From the NCBI GenBank assembly GCA_037379345.1, contig CM074514.1, forward strand, positions 13,268,001 through 13,332,000: 64,000 nt of DNA, written 5' to 3'. Positions 37,221 through 52,200 of this stretch are shown here, one piece after another (position 1 is the first letter of the stretch; each line of letters opens with the position of its first letter). The notes below the pieces were generated by a model that did no database searches, was not told the DNA's origin, and saw only the letters and a program-made list of their open reading frames with translations. Source of the DNA: Perna viridis (lineage: Eukaryota). The position numbers were made by a program, and so were the translations under genes.

Positions 37221-40200
37221 ATGTCTTTGTTTTCATTCATATTTTTATTTACACTCAGTTTTTCAAATGCTACAATTTCAAACGAAACCAGTGTGCTTCT
37301 CTACGAAACTTTGGCTTCATTAAAATCAGCATTAGAATTTTTATACTCTGAACATCAGAACATTAATTTGGATGCTGTTATTGGGACTCGTATGGTTGAA
37401 GGTAAGTCTGATTTTATTTTAATTATTATTATTATTATCATTGTCATTATTATTATTATAAACATGTGTTTTGTTTGACTTATTTTAAAGGGTTAAAGGT
37501 AGCAGATTTAAACGGTTTAGATGACAATAAAGACATAGTTAGTATATTATTATTCATACAAGGGCTTAATAAAATAAGGTTTCGAAACTATAGAAACTAT
37601 TACTATTACATTTTTATTGTACTACAATTTGCGCACTATGTTCGGTAAATTCTTTGTGTTTTACAGTGTAATTGGAGTTTTATTTCTGCACGCAGTTGTA
37701 AAGAAAAAAAATACATGTTTAAACCTACATGTTATATTATTCCATGTTACACAAAAACATACATATGTTTTATTTTTTATCCGTTAAGGTACTGTTCTCA
37801 TCAATTATATAATTCAAATGTACAATGCAATATGAAATGAACCTCGATAAGGCATCTATTAAATAAATGCCATAATGTTAATCATAAATATGTGAATCTT
37901 CTTCATAGAAAATACTAAAATCAAACTAAAGTGGCCGCTAGAATGATGACACGCACAAAGTAAGAAAAAAGCAAGACCCAGTGGTTGATAACAAATGTTT
38001 CAAATGAAATGACGAAAAAAGTGATTCTATAAGAATTTCAATTAAAAAATTTGAAAGTGGTGTATAATGTATATTTCCACGGTTGTTAAATTACATGTAA
38101 TTTTATATAATTTGAAAGTTTTTTTTTTCTTAATTGTAGTATACGAATTTACTTTAAATGACGCACACAGACTGAAATGGAAACTAAACTTTGGAATGAA
38201 CAAATCATTACCCTGTTATTGCCAATTGTAATACGGACTTTCATTTTGAGAACTGTCTAGATATTATCAGTTCGTTCATTTTGTTTTTACCCTTTATTTT
38301 CTAGATATATTTAACACAGAACCATTGTTTAAACAGTTAAGTGTAATAAAAATATTATACATATTACTTGTACAAATCGAAATTAAAACAATATGTATGT
38401 ATATTGAATCATTGATTTTTGTATTGTTGTCACACTAAACATGAGCATATTTTCATATTATGCTCCAACAGAGATAAGAAGACAATGGAAAGGCTTTAGA
38501 ACGAACACCTTCAATCAAGTTTGATTGGTAATGCTCATTTTTACAAAACTATGGCAACTTCTTTTCGTACTATTTTAGTGGTAAAACCCTTACTATTATC
38601 ATTATAATTACTAGTATATGTACTTCAAAAATCTTCAGATCATCATTGAGTAATGCAACAAACTTGTGTAGATGGGCAAATGTATTTGTTCCTTAAATCT
38701 TTCTGAAGGAAAAAAAACAATTGAAGCAATAAATTACAACTGCATTAGAGTGATATGGAGCTTTCTAGCAGTAACTAGAAGTAAAACAAAATCGCCGAAT
38801 TTATGCCGTGTCAAATGTCTTCATTCTACAGATTGAAAATTGTACATGAATTCTATATTTTATTTCCAGAACAGATTCGATATAGAACATCAAATATATT
38901 TTTTTTTGTTTAGTAACATTATAAGTGTTGACACTCAAAGACAATCGCTCTTTTCTGAATGACCTTGATGGGACGTCAGTTTCCACAACCGTCACATATG
39001 TTCTCCTTGCTTTCCCAAACAAGACCTTCAACAAGCAACTAGAAGTTGGCTTCGAGAAGTATGAAATTTCTCGAAAGCAACCTGGGTTTTATTTGCGTTC
39101 ATAATTCTCACTCTTTTTTTTTTCAATAGATGTATCTTAATTATGAACTGTAGGTGAAACAATGGTTTCCTTGTATTCCAGTGGCTGTATTTACATCATG
39201 GAAATTTGTTTAAAATGTGGTTTAAATACTTTTTTATGTAATTATGGAAGCGCATGTTTCATTTCAGCTCAACAGTTATTTTCTTTTTTTTTTAAAAAAA
39301 GTAAATGTTCTGTATGAAACGGTTTTTGAATTAAGCGTAAAAATTGCAAGTAGAAAGATAAAGCTGTCAAGTCGAATATCTATTAACTTGTAATGAGACT
39401 TCCGATAGAGAATGAATCAGCAAGGTTTATGATATAAATTTGATTAAAATCCCAATAATGTTTTCTGTACAATTTGGGTGAAAATGCTTCATTAAATGAT
39501 ACTTGTAGTATTCGCAATTGTCTTGACTTCGCTTTTTCTTTCATACAAATGACAAAAAAATGTTCTCTTGTTTATTTAAAGGTCATTTTATGAATTTTAG
39601 GAATTTTAAAATATTACTTTTAAAAAAAAAGATGGCATTAGAGCATTCTTCGTACGCTTTCCTTGTGGACGAATGTCATGTGAGCCTTCGTGATGCTTTG
39701 AGTATATTCACAAATTATTATTTAAATCTTCATGTATTTGCTCTTTAAGAATACACACTACTGCATGCTTCTACATATTTTTTTTTCATCTCAGTTATTA
39801 CAGTTCAGAATAGAACGCAACCTACTTTCAACTACTCTCGGTTCGTGCGTACATAGTATTTTCGAACTATTTTGTACTTATTAAAACATTGTCATGTATG
39901 AAATCTTCTTTCAACTTAAGAAGACTTTTTCGTTCAATTATACAAATTTATTTATTTAAACACAAGAAATATTAAGTGTTATCTATACCAGTAGCATTTC
40001 TTGACGGCATTACCCCTTTTCAATGTAAATATCTTGTTTGGTAGTGTACCATACAAAGCATTACATTTGTATGATTCCTTTAATTGTTGCATGCATTATT
40101 TTTATGAAGAGGATAAAATTGATATAAAAGATTATATTTGACATGGTCATAATACTTGTGTTACGAGTATTAAATTACTATAGAAGTCGTTATATATACA

Positions 40201-43200
40201 TTACACGATACATAAAGTATCTGCTCTGACAATCAAAAGGGTATAAAAATAAAGATCAGGAAAACAAATATATCATATTTAGTATCATCACGCAAGAGGG
40301 CAAATGAAGTCAAATCAAACTCCACAATTAATCATCTTAGAAATATTATGTAGGACGAATAAAAATATTTGAAATAGATAATTATAATTTTAATTTAGAG
40401 TCACAAAAATCACAAAAACCAGATGAGAGAAAAACTACATATCAACAATAAAACTGAATCAGTTTTTCCATTCAGTCCCTGTTGGATCTAATAACACACC
40501 ATTCTATTTTCTGTTCCGATGACCTTTCTGGTCAGCCAATCAGATTTCATCTTTTTATGATTTTGAAAGCGTTATTCTCAGGGAAAACCCCGAGAACTCT
40601 GAAAAAGTTATTTGAACAGAAAGTAGAATGAAGTGTTGTTACTGCAGTGACTGAATGGAACCATTAATAGGCCTAATTTTATTAGATTGCTGAACCAAAC
40701 ACAATGATAGCTAAACATTTTCTTTTTATTACTGGATAAAGACGAGCGCTAATATGTACCCAAGGCGCTTTTTTTTATTCTAAAACATGTTTTACATGAC
40801 ATGTAATTTGTATAGAACATTATACAGAAATGTAATACCTTTATTATTATAAACTGTATACACAAGTACATTGCATTTTGTTTTACATTTTAAGGACAAT
40901 TTAAGGTTCTACTTACCAATATCGAAAGGCACCCAGAAAATTGGATAACTGATACTACGTTAATTAGACGAATAAAAGACATTGGGAAGTTAGCAGGGCA
41001 GATAAGCAGAGCAGCTATTCCATACATAGCAACTCTGTCGCCACATTACTACCATAGTAAGTTACAAATTACTACAAAACAGTGAAGGAACAACAGCATC
41101 ATTTATTATTCGAGATAATGTGTAAAATTTACTCATATTTATCTCACTTTGAAGTAGACGTTCAGGAATATACAAGATATTTCACTTATATATAATCAGA
41201 AAAATCTACTTGTGTGTATATTTTTCTAGACAATGTATATTACATCCTAACTGAATGATACAGGTTTTTTCTTCATTTTTTAAAATCCGTCGGCATTCCA
41301 TTATTGTATTAGTTGTTAAGATAAACAATAAAAATTGACAGAAAGATAAAGAGATGTTTATGAAGATGTCAATATAACGAACCAATTACTTGAAATGACA
41401 AAGTGAATTTTGATCCACTTAAGATTATTGTTATTCAAACGTCCGACATGGCACATTATTTGGAGAATTCGCTTTTTTCTCGAGTTTTTGAAATAAATGG
41501 CATCGGAAACGATTTTTATAATATAAATGAATAAACATTTCAGCAAAAAAAAATTCCTGGAAAAAAATTACTTGATTTCTTGCGTTCTTCCAATGTCTTT
41601 CTATTTTATCTTCTTTGTTTGTTTTTCATTTCCTTTTCAGGTAATCTAATTATTGCCTTTGATCATTTTAAAGTACTTTTAGCAAATAAAATCTAGTATT
41701 ACGACTACAAACTGAAGGCGTATGACGTCATTTCCATTTAAAATTCTAAAGAAGGTGTGATGACGTCACAGATAATCTAAATGTTTTGACGGATATTTTC
41801 GAATATCTTGTCTTGTACGTGTGATAGAAAACTGTCTGTCAACAAGATCAAAGGCAAAAAGGTATAGATTACCTTGAAAGTTCTGTTGCAATTATTGAAT
41901 TTGGAATAATATTACAATGCAATTGATACCATTCAATACATACTCTTCAACTTAAATATGGAGGAAACGGTGCTCCCATCACGCGATTTCAAAATAAATT
42001 CAATTCAATTGTTCATCATATATGCACTTAAAAGAAGCAAGTGTGAATACCATATTATTTTATATAACGATTTTAATTACCACCTTGGTACAACGTTTTG
42101 TCTGAGAATTTCTATATGAGGGTATTAAAATGCCACATTCTGCAAAACAAAGCATCAGAACTAAATAAATCACAAACACAAATAGGTTGGGGATGAACGA
42201 ATGATCTATTAAAATCAATTGAAAAATTTTAAAAAAATATATATTTGGTCGATATCAATGTTTAGCCTTATAAATAATAATACGGAGATTTTAGTCAGCT
42301 GAATACGCCAACAAAGATAGAAGCCATTTAGCCGATGAATCTATTTACTTTTTAATGAGAAAAAAAGGAAAATGGGAATGAATACCTATATATTCATAAA
42401 ATCAGAATTGTCTTTTAAGGATTCAATATCATGGGTAAATAAAGATAGGTTTAAAGATGGAGAAACACAAAAGAAATCTAACCAAGAACATCGGCTTCTT
42501 CGGAAAAATCATATTGTTACAGTATAGCTACATTATAAGTCGCTGATGTACTTCAATAGCACATATTGTTTATTTTCATTTTATTTTCCCGTTGATGATA
42601 TCTTTTTTTAAAAAGATCGTGGTTTAAGTGTCATAAAATATATGTTCAGTGGTATCTGGTGACAACGCAAAAGTTTCGCATAAAGATGAACGCTATTGTA
42701 AGACCGTATATTTGTTAAAAAACTTAAATAATATATGAAAAATTATTGTCCAGACAGAAATCTGAGATTAAGCATAGATAAGTTTGATAAGTGCTTTACG
42801 CTTACCCTACCGGTGCACCTGGTACATGATCCCAGTGGAGTCCTAGTTACTCGTTTGCTTTTGTTATTTTGTATGTATGATTTTAGTTGCTTTATGTTCC
42901 TTGTCCCTCGATTGCATTCTTTTGATTACCGGTTCCATTGTTTACTCTTTTACATAATGCTTAAATATATTTGTCTTTATCAAATCTTGTCAGTCATCCA
43001 AAAAAATCCTACACTTCCATCTGCACAGTTAAGGCTAACAACTAAAAGCGAAAAAAAGATAACAATATAAAATATATAGCGAAGCAGTTATATAGTGATC
43101 CAAAGTATATCAACATTAATGTTGTCTTTTTATGTTGGCTGCAATAAGGTTTCCCTTTTTTATTTTTAAGGAACTGAGAAATTAGAAAAAACTGGAATCA

Positions 43201-46200
43201 CCTACTTTATTCAAATGATGCTTACAGTAAACAAGTTAATATTTATAAACAGAAATATGCGTTTATGCTATAAAATTAAGACCTTAATTAAAACAAATGT
43301 TAGTAATAAACATACTAGACATCTGTAATTATTACAGGTGCTTGTTACCTTCCGTTTGTAATGCGTTTCTTATTGATTTGTGAACTCGGCCAATATTAAG
43401 TGCATTAAATCATTGTTTGTGACTCGTAAAAGATCTTATCTAGCAGTATATGGAAAATCAAAATATACAGCCCTTCCACAATTGTCATTAATGTTAGCAT
43501 GGTTTGTTTCTGCTGAACGTAGTCAACTAATGTAAATAGTGGTAAAATGATACAAAATGATACTACTTTTCATTAGTGCAAAACGTAATTTTAAGGTACT
43601 GCTGTCAAACTTTGTGGTGTTCAAAAAAGGATATATATCATGTTGAAGTATACATAATAAAAAAAAGATAAATATGAGGATAAGAATACAAAAAAATATC
43701 ATCGAATGAGATATGAGTTACGTAATGCAAGGTCATCCACATGGTACTTCCATGCTTACACACGATTTATTTCAGAAATTGGAACGATACTGAACGAAGG
43801 GTTCTGGGAACTCGACTATCCAAGTAGAGATTTCAGCCCAAATGTAGAGATTTGGCCCTATAAAAAGGGAGAATCCCTCCGTGAAAATCAATCAGATAAT
43901 TGTTTGGCAGAGTTCTTTGGAACGGGGTAAGTTTCACATATAGTCAATATAATGTTTCGAAAGGAAAAGCAGAATACAAACCCAGAAGTGAGCTAAATCG
44001 ACATATATACACGTTTAGCCAATTCAATAATCATAAAATCAAAATATCATCAGTGATATCAAAAGTTTGTTATGTCAACATGAAAAAAAGAAAAATATGA
44101 ATATAAGTTTCCAAAAAACCTGGGAAAATTGTTTATTTACTCTAATTACCTCAAATACCTTTATGAAATAGGAAATGAAAGTTTTAACATAGCACCATAG
44201 TTATTTGTAAGTGTGTTCCTCAGATGATAAATGCAAAATTCATGATAGAAATGCAAAAAATAAAGAACAGTTTTTTTTTTCTTTTTTTTTTCTTTTTTGT
44301 ATTTTGTCCCACCTGGTTGACAATGTGTTCTAGAGTAATCAAGGAAACCAAGATTCTAGCAGAAATCAAGGATACATCGTAACGATCCACGAGTTCATGA
44401 TGACGACCATAAATCTTTTGTAGTGATGACTTCAATCTCGAAGCAACATAACCCTGTTCCAGAAGTCTGTAAGAAGTCTAGCGCGATACAAAATCTGCAT
44501 ATTTACGGCAAGCTCCGGTACAACGTATGAGTTGTGGAATGAAAACTCCACACCTAGATGCTGAAGGGATATTGCCACAGAAGAAAGAAAAGTTGACATT
44601 ACGGAATGAAAAGTCATTACGTTTGTCGTAAAGTTCGGTCGATAGTTTTCCTTTACCATCGATCTCTAGGTGTAGGTCAAGATATGAGGCTGACTTTACA
44701 GTGTCCTTAGTATCCTTTATCTCAAGTTCTTTGGGGTAGATGCGAAGTATCTTTAATTTCATTACTTTAATTTCATCCAAATTGTTTAATCAAAGTGATA
44801 TGTTGTAAAGTCTGTTTTTTTAGGGGAGGCTTATTTTTTGTCCTATCTACGGTTGTTTCTTTTTATTTTAAAACACCAGTATGTCAACAAAAATGAAACA
44901 CTGATCTACCCAGAATATAATTATATCTATATCAACCGGTTTGTGCAATTCAGAATCATATCTTGTGATTTTGAAGTCAGTGGTGGATTTTTTTATGCAT
45001 GTACATGAAAAATCAGACTGCTGTAAGATAAAACAGTTTAATAACAAAACTTCAAAAAACGTTTTGTCTAATTGGAATATAAAAAGAGGTTTTTCAATTA
45101 TCATAATTGCTCAATATTGGTAATATAATTCAATATTAAGGCATCTCACCAAGTTCGGATTTGGTCTGAATAAAATACGTTTTGTCTTTTCTTTTTCGAC
45201 ACAGTGTGTAGAGTTAATCATACAGCAATAACTTTGTTTTAAAAGTGAGAGTTTTGTAACATTCTTCCTTTATTGGTGTAAAAATACATTATTTTATAAA
45301 TCTTGAGAAGAAACCTTTGTCGGAAAAAAAGTTGGTTTCCAATATTAACAACGGGACTGTTCAATTATTAGGCAAATAAACCATCAAGATTTTAGAGATA
45401 TGCCCTCAGTGACGTTATCAGATTAGGTAGTCTTAAGAAGTTAATTAAGTGTCAATATAAAGAACCACCTTAGTCTTATCAATGTTTTCCAATCCTCATA
45501 TTATGTTCGTGACCTAACAAAACGCAATTTAGATTAGTAGCAAATTGTCTTCAAATGTTCCATTATTCACTGGAATGAGAGTGTCGTATGTTCATCAAAT
45601 TTGTTAGATTTTCGGTTAAAAATTATAGAAGGTTTTCATCGGGTTTTATAATGCTCTTACTGCTGATCATTACGTATTTTTACATGCATTTTGCTGTTTC
45701 ATTTATCTTTAACTTTGTGTATTACTTGTTTATTATTTGTGTATTTTAACAGGAAAAAATAAGCAAACAATTCAATCGATCGATTAGTTAAAAAAAAAAC
45801 TGTCATTATGTTATGATCTGTAACGATATACATACTGAGATTGATATAGGAAAGAAACCTTTTGACCCTATAGTAATGTTTTGGTTTTTTTAATGATTCT
45901 CACTAAATTCCATCCTACTTCAACAGATTTTTAACAATGGTAATAGTCCAAGCTATATTAAACTAATAGAAACATATTGTTATCAAACCATGAAACAAGT
46001 TCTGTTAGCTTTACTTCTTTCAAACAAGAAACCGAAAATCCTTGTATGTTCATCAAACTGATTCATAGTAAAAAAAAAACCAAGGAACAAACGATGCTTT
46101 TGTAATCTAGATATTTTCCATATTCACTTCTGTACTTTTGAGAAAATCATACATTTATCTCCCACTAAAATCAACCAAATCAAATCTAATCAAGAACAAT

Positions 46201-49200
46201 AAATCTTGCAGAGTGCCAAATCTATTACTTTTTATCAATAGCGAAACGACAAAATAAAAAAAAACTAAGACTGGTCATTAGATCATTAACTGTTTCTGAA
46301 CATGAAATGAAAAATAAATTTGGTGAATTTTTGACATCCATGAATCACATCCTGCCTGATTTTAATAAAGAATACTACTTTAAGTATCACACTAGATTTT
46401 ATATGTATATTTCTTCAGAGCAGGTTTGTATGCGAACTGTACAAACAACAAAAACACATTAAAAACGGAGGAATAAAAACATTGTAAACCTTCCACATTT
46501 TTGTACCATTTTTGAAACAAAGACAACACAGAACGAACCCTGGAACTGAGTGAATTATTGAATTGGAAAACAATCACCTAGATACAATTATGAAGTACTT
46601 GGAAGGGAGTCTCCATACTTAGTAAAAAACGATTTCAAATCATCTCCTAAAGATACCAGAGAAAATGTGAAGCCGCTGAAATTTTTTAACCACAAACATA
46701 TTTGTGCAATGTGGTGGATGTGTTTTTCAACAGGCGGTCGGCATTTCGGTATTCTCCGCTACTCTCTGACCTATTCCTTCATATCTATGAGGCTTCTTCA
46801 AGTCAGTCTCAAATCTTGACGTACTTTCAGTGATGGATGGAAAGGGGAAACTCATGATCAAGTTATACTATAAACGCAACGACTTCCCATTCCGTTTCGC
46901 CAACTTTCTTTTCATCTGTGGCAAAATCCCTTCAGCAACTAAGTATAGAGTTTTCATACGTTACACAAGAGCTTGCTGAAACTATGCGGACTTTTTGTAC
47001 TGTGCTAGATTTCATAAAATTATGTTTTGGAACAGGAATTTTGCTACAAGATTGAATTCATCATTACAAAAGTTTTTTGGTCATCATCATGAACTCGAGG
47101 ATCGTTATGGTATATCCATCTACACCATGAGAACCGATTTGTTTACCATGTAATAGTTTTCTATCACTCTTTTGTCTACCCCGGCCGTGACACTTTGTGA
47201 GCAACTTGGCGGGTGTTTCTTGAAAAAACAAAAACGTTTATCCTTTTGGTGCACCTGGTCCATGCTCCAATTTTTAGTGTAGTAAAGGACGGTCATTTAC
47301 TTTCGTTTCTTTGTACTTGCTATTTCGGTAACTTCATGTTCATCGCTGCGTAAGTCTTTTTCCCCTGGTAAGTCTTTATCCTTGGAATACATTATTTTGA
47401 TTTCTCATCGAATATTATTTGTCCCCTTAGTACCCAACAAATAATGGTAATATAATATTTTTAGCAACTTTAGACAGGTCTACACATAAACCGTGACCAA
47501 TTGTAGTTTATTTGTTGGTGACCACACGAAATTTACAGCAAATATTTTACATTCAAATCCGTTTTTTAAATCAAATCGATCTGATCAAATAAAACTCATT
47601 TCAGAATGACACAAGGTTGCATCAAAATGTCACATAATTCATGCTGTAGAATTAAATGTGTCAGTAATGTTTTAAAACTGTTGGGCTTCGATAATAAAAG
47701 TTGAATGGAATTGTTCATTTAAACGGTTTCCCATGTATCAATTAAATCCATTTTTCATCAATTGAACAATTAAACAATTAGAAAAAAGATAGTACATTAG
47801 CATGCATTATTTTAATCAAATCATTTTGAACATGGCATTTGTGTGAAAGGTTTTGTTACACGGGTGTATACATGACCTTTGTTATCCATTTTTACTTAGC
47901 CTTGGAGACTTATTTCTTGTAAATTTCTTGTTTGACAATTATTATTTTGTCATTTATTTCATGCTATAAAAATTTTAACACTATGAAACAATTTAGCCGA
48001 CACGGTCTTTACCTTACTCAATTAATGCTTTCAAAAATCACATAGTAATCAATATTTTTTTTAAAGTTTTCCGGGGGGGCAGAATAAATGCACTTGTAAC
48101 GATCCTATACATAATACAATATCATCCTCCGTGTGTTTACATTGAAGAATTTTTAGGACATTTTATATAGTAAAAACTCAATAAACTGTCAGTTTCAGCG
48201 TATTGAGTTTCATATCACAGTTCATACGTTATGCCAGAGCTTGCAGAAATTACGCGGACGTTTTGCCTTTAAACAATATTAGATTCGGAGGTTTTATACA
48301 TCGCATTTTCTCAATAACTTTGAGAATGACACTACAGACACTTTAAAGTCAGCATCATATCTTCACCAACTTTGACAGATCGTTGGAAAGGGAAAATACA
48401 TGACCAAACTATACGACAAACGTCATGACTTCTCATTCTGTATCGCCACTTTCTTTATATATGAAGTAACACTCCTTCAGCACCATTGTACGTAGTTTTC
48501 ATATCAATAATCATACGTTATGGCTGAGTTTGCTGAAACTACACAGACGATTTTTTTTCTTGTTCGGTGCTAGACTTCTTAGAGAATGTTGCTACCATTA
48601 AATTAAAGTCATTGAAGTTATAAGTCATCACTACAAAAGTTCGTCATCATGAACTCGTAAATCGTTATGGTGTATCTATCTGCACCACGAGAGGCGATTT
48701 GTTTTCTGTTTTGTCAACCCTAGACGTGATATTTGTAAGATTCAAGGGGTGTTTCTTGAAAAACAGAGAAAGCTTACTCTATGCTCCCAGATTTTTCTTT
48801 TCATAGTCGTAATCTTTGGATTATATTCTTTTGATTGCTGTTCAAATTCTGGTTTTCCCATTTACACACTTCACAGTCTAGATGTTTTGGCAACACAACG
48901 AAAAATTGAAAGTGGTGGGAAAGACTACGAAATTTATTGTGAATTTAGGGAAGTTTTCTGATAATTGCAGTGCAACTTGTCTGAGGAAATAAGTACTGAC
49001 AATTGTCCTAGCTAATGACGGATTTTCCCGCACTAGTGGAATACGTCCCAGATCTTCAAAATGAACTCGTGTAAAAACCCATTAGTGTTAGCATTATATT
49101 TTTATGGAGTAATTAAGTCAGTCATGGATTACCCTATAAAACAGATGAAAGAACAGACTATTTGATTGTTACATTCACTCATCATAATAAAAATAGTAAG

Positions 49201-52200
49201 ATTCTACATTGAAAAAGGATTTTATTTCTTGCAGAAAGTCTTCCAATGTTCAATGTGATGTATCTAACAAATGCTGGGAAAGGATGACAGCATTACTATA
49301 CAATGGCTACTCTCTCACACATGAACTTTTCTATCTTGAAATAGGAGAGCAGGTAATTAGAGTAAAGTAAACATATAGACGAGACAACTGTTTATCGCTT
49401 TTTTGTTTATTTTTTAATCTGTTGTAAGACGTATAAACATCTCGATGAGAAGTATGTTTAAGTTCTCCCTTATGATTCTACTTCATAAAAAATCCTAAAT
49501 CATTTTGATAAATCATGTTTTATCTATTCACAAATTAATTAAGTTTATATTCGCTAGACCTAGGACAGGGTTTTCAAGCAGATATTGCATGTTCAACTTG
49601 TAAAAGATTGATTGATTGTTGGGGTTTAACGCCCTAGCAGCAATATTTCAGCTATATTCAGGCGATGAACATGAAATGGATGGTAAAATGAACATGAAAT
49701 GATGATGAAATGAAAAATGGGATGGGACACAAGGATAATTGGGACGACAAATTTTGATTGCCACTGGAAATAGGGAGAGATGGGTAGGGTCGGGCAATTT
49801 AGCCTACTGTGGCGGATCCCTATGGTTCCTACTCCGGGCGAATACCACATAAGGGTTCTTTAACGTGCGAGGAATGTGGCATCTTTCCTAACATGTTGCA
49901 ACATAATGGTTTGCGGTCAGGTTTTCCTGACGATCCCAGCATGTAGCATGCCAGGATCACCCCATTCCACCAACTGGGGCACACAACCTAGTTGCTGTGG
50001 ACAGAGCGCCCTAGTCCCCGGCAAGGGTTCTGAGCACTATTTAGTCGCCTTTTACGACAAGCTTAGCGCTGCTGCGGGCCTATTCTTTTGACACCCGGAC
50101 CCGCACGGGGAAAACATATAAAAGTTTTAAAAAAAAATGCGAATACGAATTTAACTTTGATTTTGCATTTTAATGATATTTAATAAAAATGTAAACTTTC
50201 ATGTGTATAACGAAACGCCCATTAATATCCTTTCAAGTGAGTTGAAGTTCCAAAACTATAATATTGTGGGAAAGTGTCTAATACTCAAAGTAAAATTTCA
50301 GCATGGTTGTCAACTGCAAATGGAGTTAAAGCAGTACACTCATCGTCAAGAATCTCTTGATAAACTTAAAGAATCATTTTGTGCCAACATTTTCAACGAA
50401 GCTGCTCTGATAGCTGATCGGGGTTTCCCGGAAAGCAAACACGACCTTTTCATGGAGCAAGGTAGTAACTTTCCGTTGACATATGATGATATTCCCAATT
50501 AAAAGGTTTAAAAGTATTGAATACAGAAACCCATTAGTATTTTGCCTAAACAAAGAGACTGCTTTTTTCAAATTTGATATCATGTATTATTTCATAAAAA
50601 AAAAAAAGGTTTATTCCGTTAAAGCTATTTAAAAAAGAAAGACCATAGTTCTATTTTAACATTATAAACTTGATTTACCATCTAAAATAATTTAGTGTAA
50701 ACTTGTGACAACTTTTAAGTTAACGAATCATCTCAGAATATTTTATTTAATGCATTCATATCTCTTATAAAATGTCCCAAAAATTAATATTTCCACGATT
50801 TTAAACAACACGAACTCTATATGAATTGCCCAAATGACAACTAATATTGATAATTTTTCTAACTGCAAAATATGTTAGAATTGTTGCCATTTTTTTTTAA
50901 TCACAAAATATCTAATCAAGTTTCCTTATTCAATTATTACACGAAAGTAATTGTAAAAATATGCAATACAAAATGCGGCAAAATGTACAAAAGAATAAAG
51001 CAAACAGCTTAATTCAATATTTTTTGCGTAAAAATGTGCAACACACATTTGCATCATTCTTTTATGAATCATTTGTAAACCGTGCATGTATTCTCATTAT
51101 CAAATGAAATAGCAACAAACAAGCTGATTAAGAAGTTGATTTCTTCTTGTAGCTGCTCTATGTGGAATAGTAGGTTTTCGTCAATTCTTTTCGTCAGACT
51201 GGCTCAAGCATGTCTTAAGCTGGCAAGACAAAGCCTCTGGTTGTTATTATGGGAAACCAGTTCATGAATCTGAAGTTGGTAAGGTTCTTTAACTAAATGT
51301 ATATTTACTTAAGTTAGGTTTTGGTTTACTTGATATTAATTATATATGGTAGATTGTTTGTATGTCGTTCTTATTATTTGTTTTATTTTTATTGTTTCAT
51401 ATGTTTTTTCACCTAATTGGCGTTGTGACTTTTATTCAGGTCTACTGGTTTGTCTAATGTGTCTGAATTTTTATCATATTAATCAAATTTCATATGTCTA
51501 TCTAACAACATTTGCTATGTAATGATTAATGTCGTTATCATTGCAAACATAACAATATCGTCTTTAAATGATTCAATTATATTTCTAATGCATTTTTGTC
51601 GGTTTTATGGTATTAAAAAACATCTAAAAATACAATGTATGAACTCTTTTTATAGGGAAAACGGTAGTAATTTATTATCCCATAGCGGACAGTACTAATC
51701 TTTTCAAGTTTTTCAGTAATTTCTAATTAAAAGTAGGACTCAAAAACCATTTCTTGTTGTAGTACTATCATTCAGAGATCGAAAAATCACCATGGGAATA
51801 GAGGTTGACCATCTTTTTTTTTTAACCACCATCAAAATTTTGAAGGTACCGGATTTTTGCATTTTTTTTTTTTTTTGTTCCGCACTCATTTGTAATATGC
51901 AGTCTTTTTTAAATTTCATAAAGTAATCATTTTGAAGGACAAAAAAATAAACTTTTTTTAAACTTTAATCCTTTAAGAAACTGAGAGAGAAAAATCATCA
52001 TTACAAACTTTGTCAGTACACCAATCTGTCCTTTAAAAGTTCTACTTCCTTTCATCTGAAACGTACGTACACGATTGGTCAACCTAGTGCAAGAAAATAA
52101 ATACTACTATTTTCCCTAAAGACGTGTTCACCATCAAATAGTTTTAACTGCAAACACCTTTTATATACTAACTTTAATACATATAATTGGAGAAAATTCA

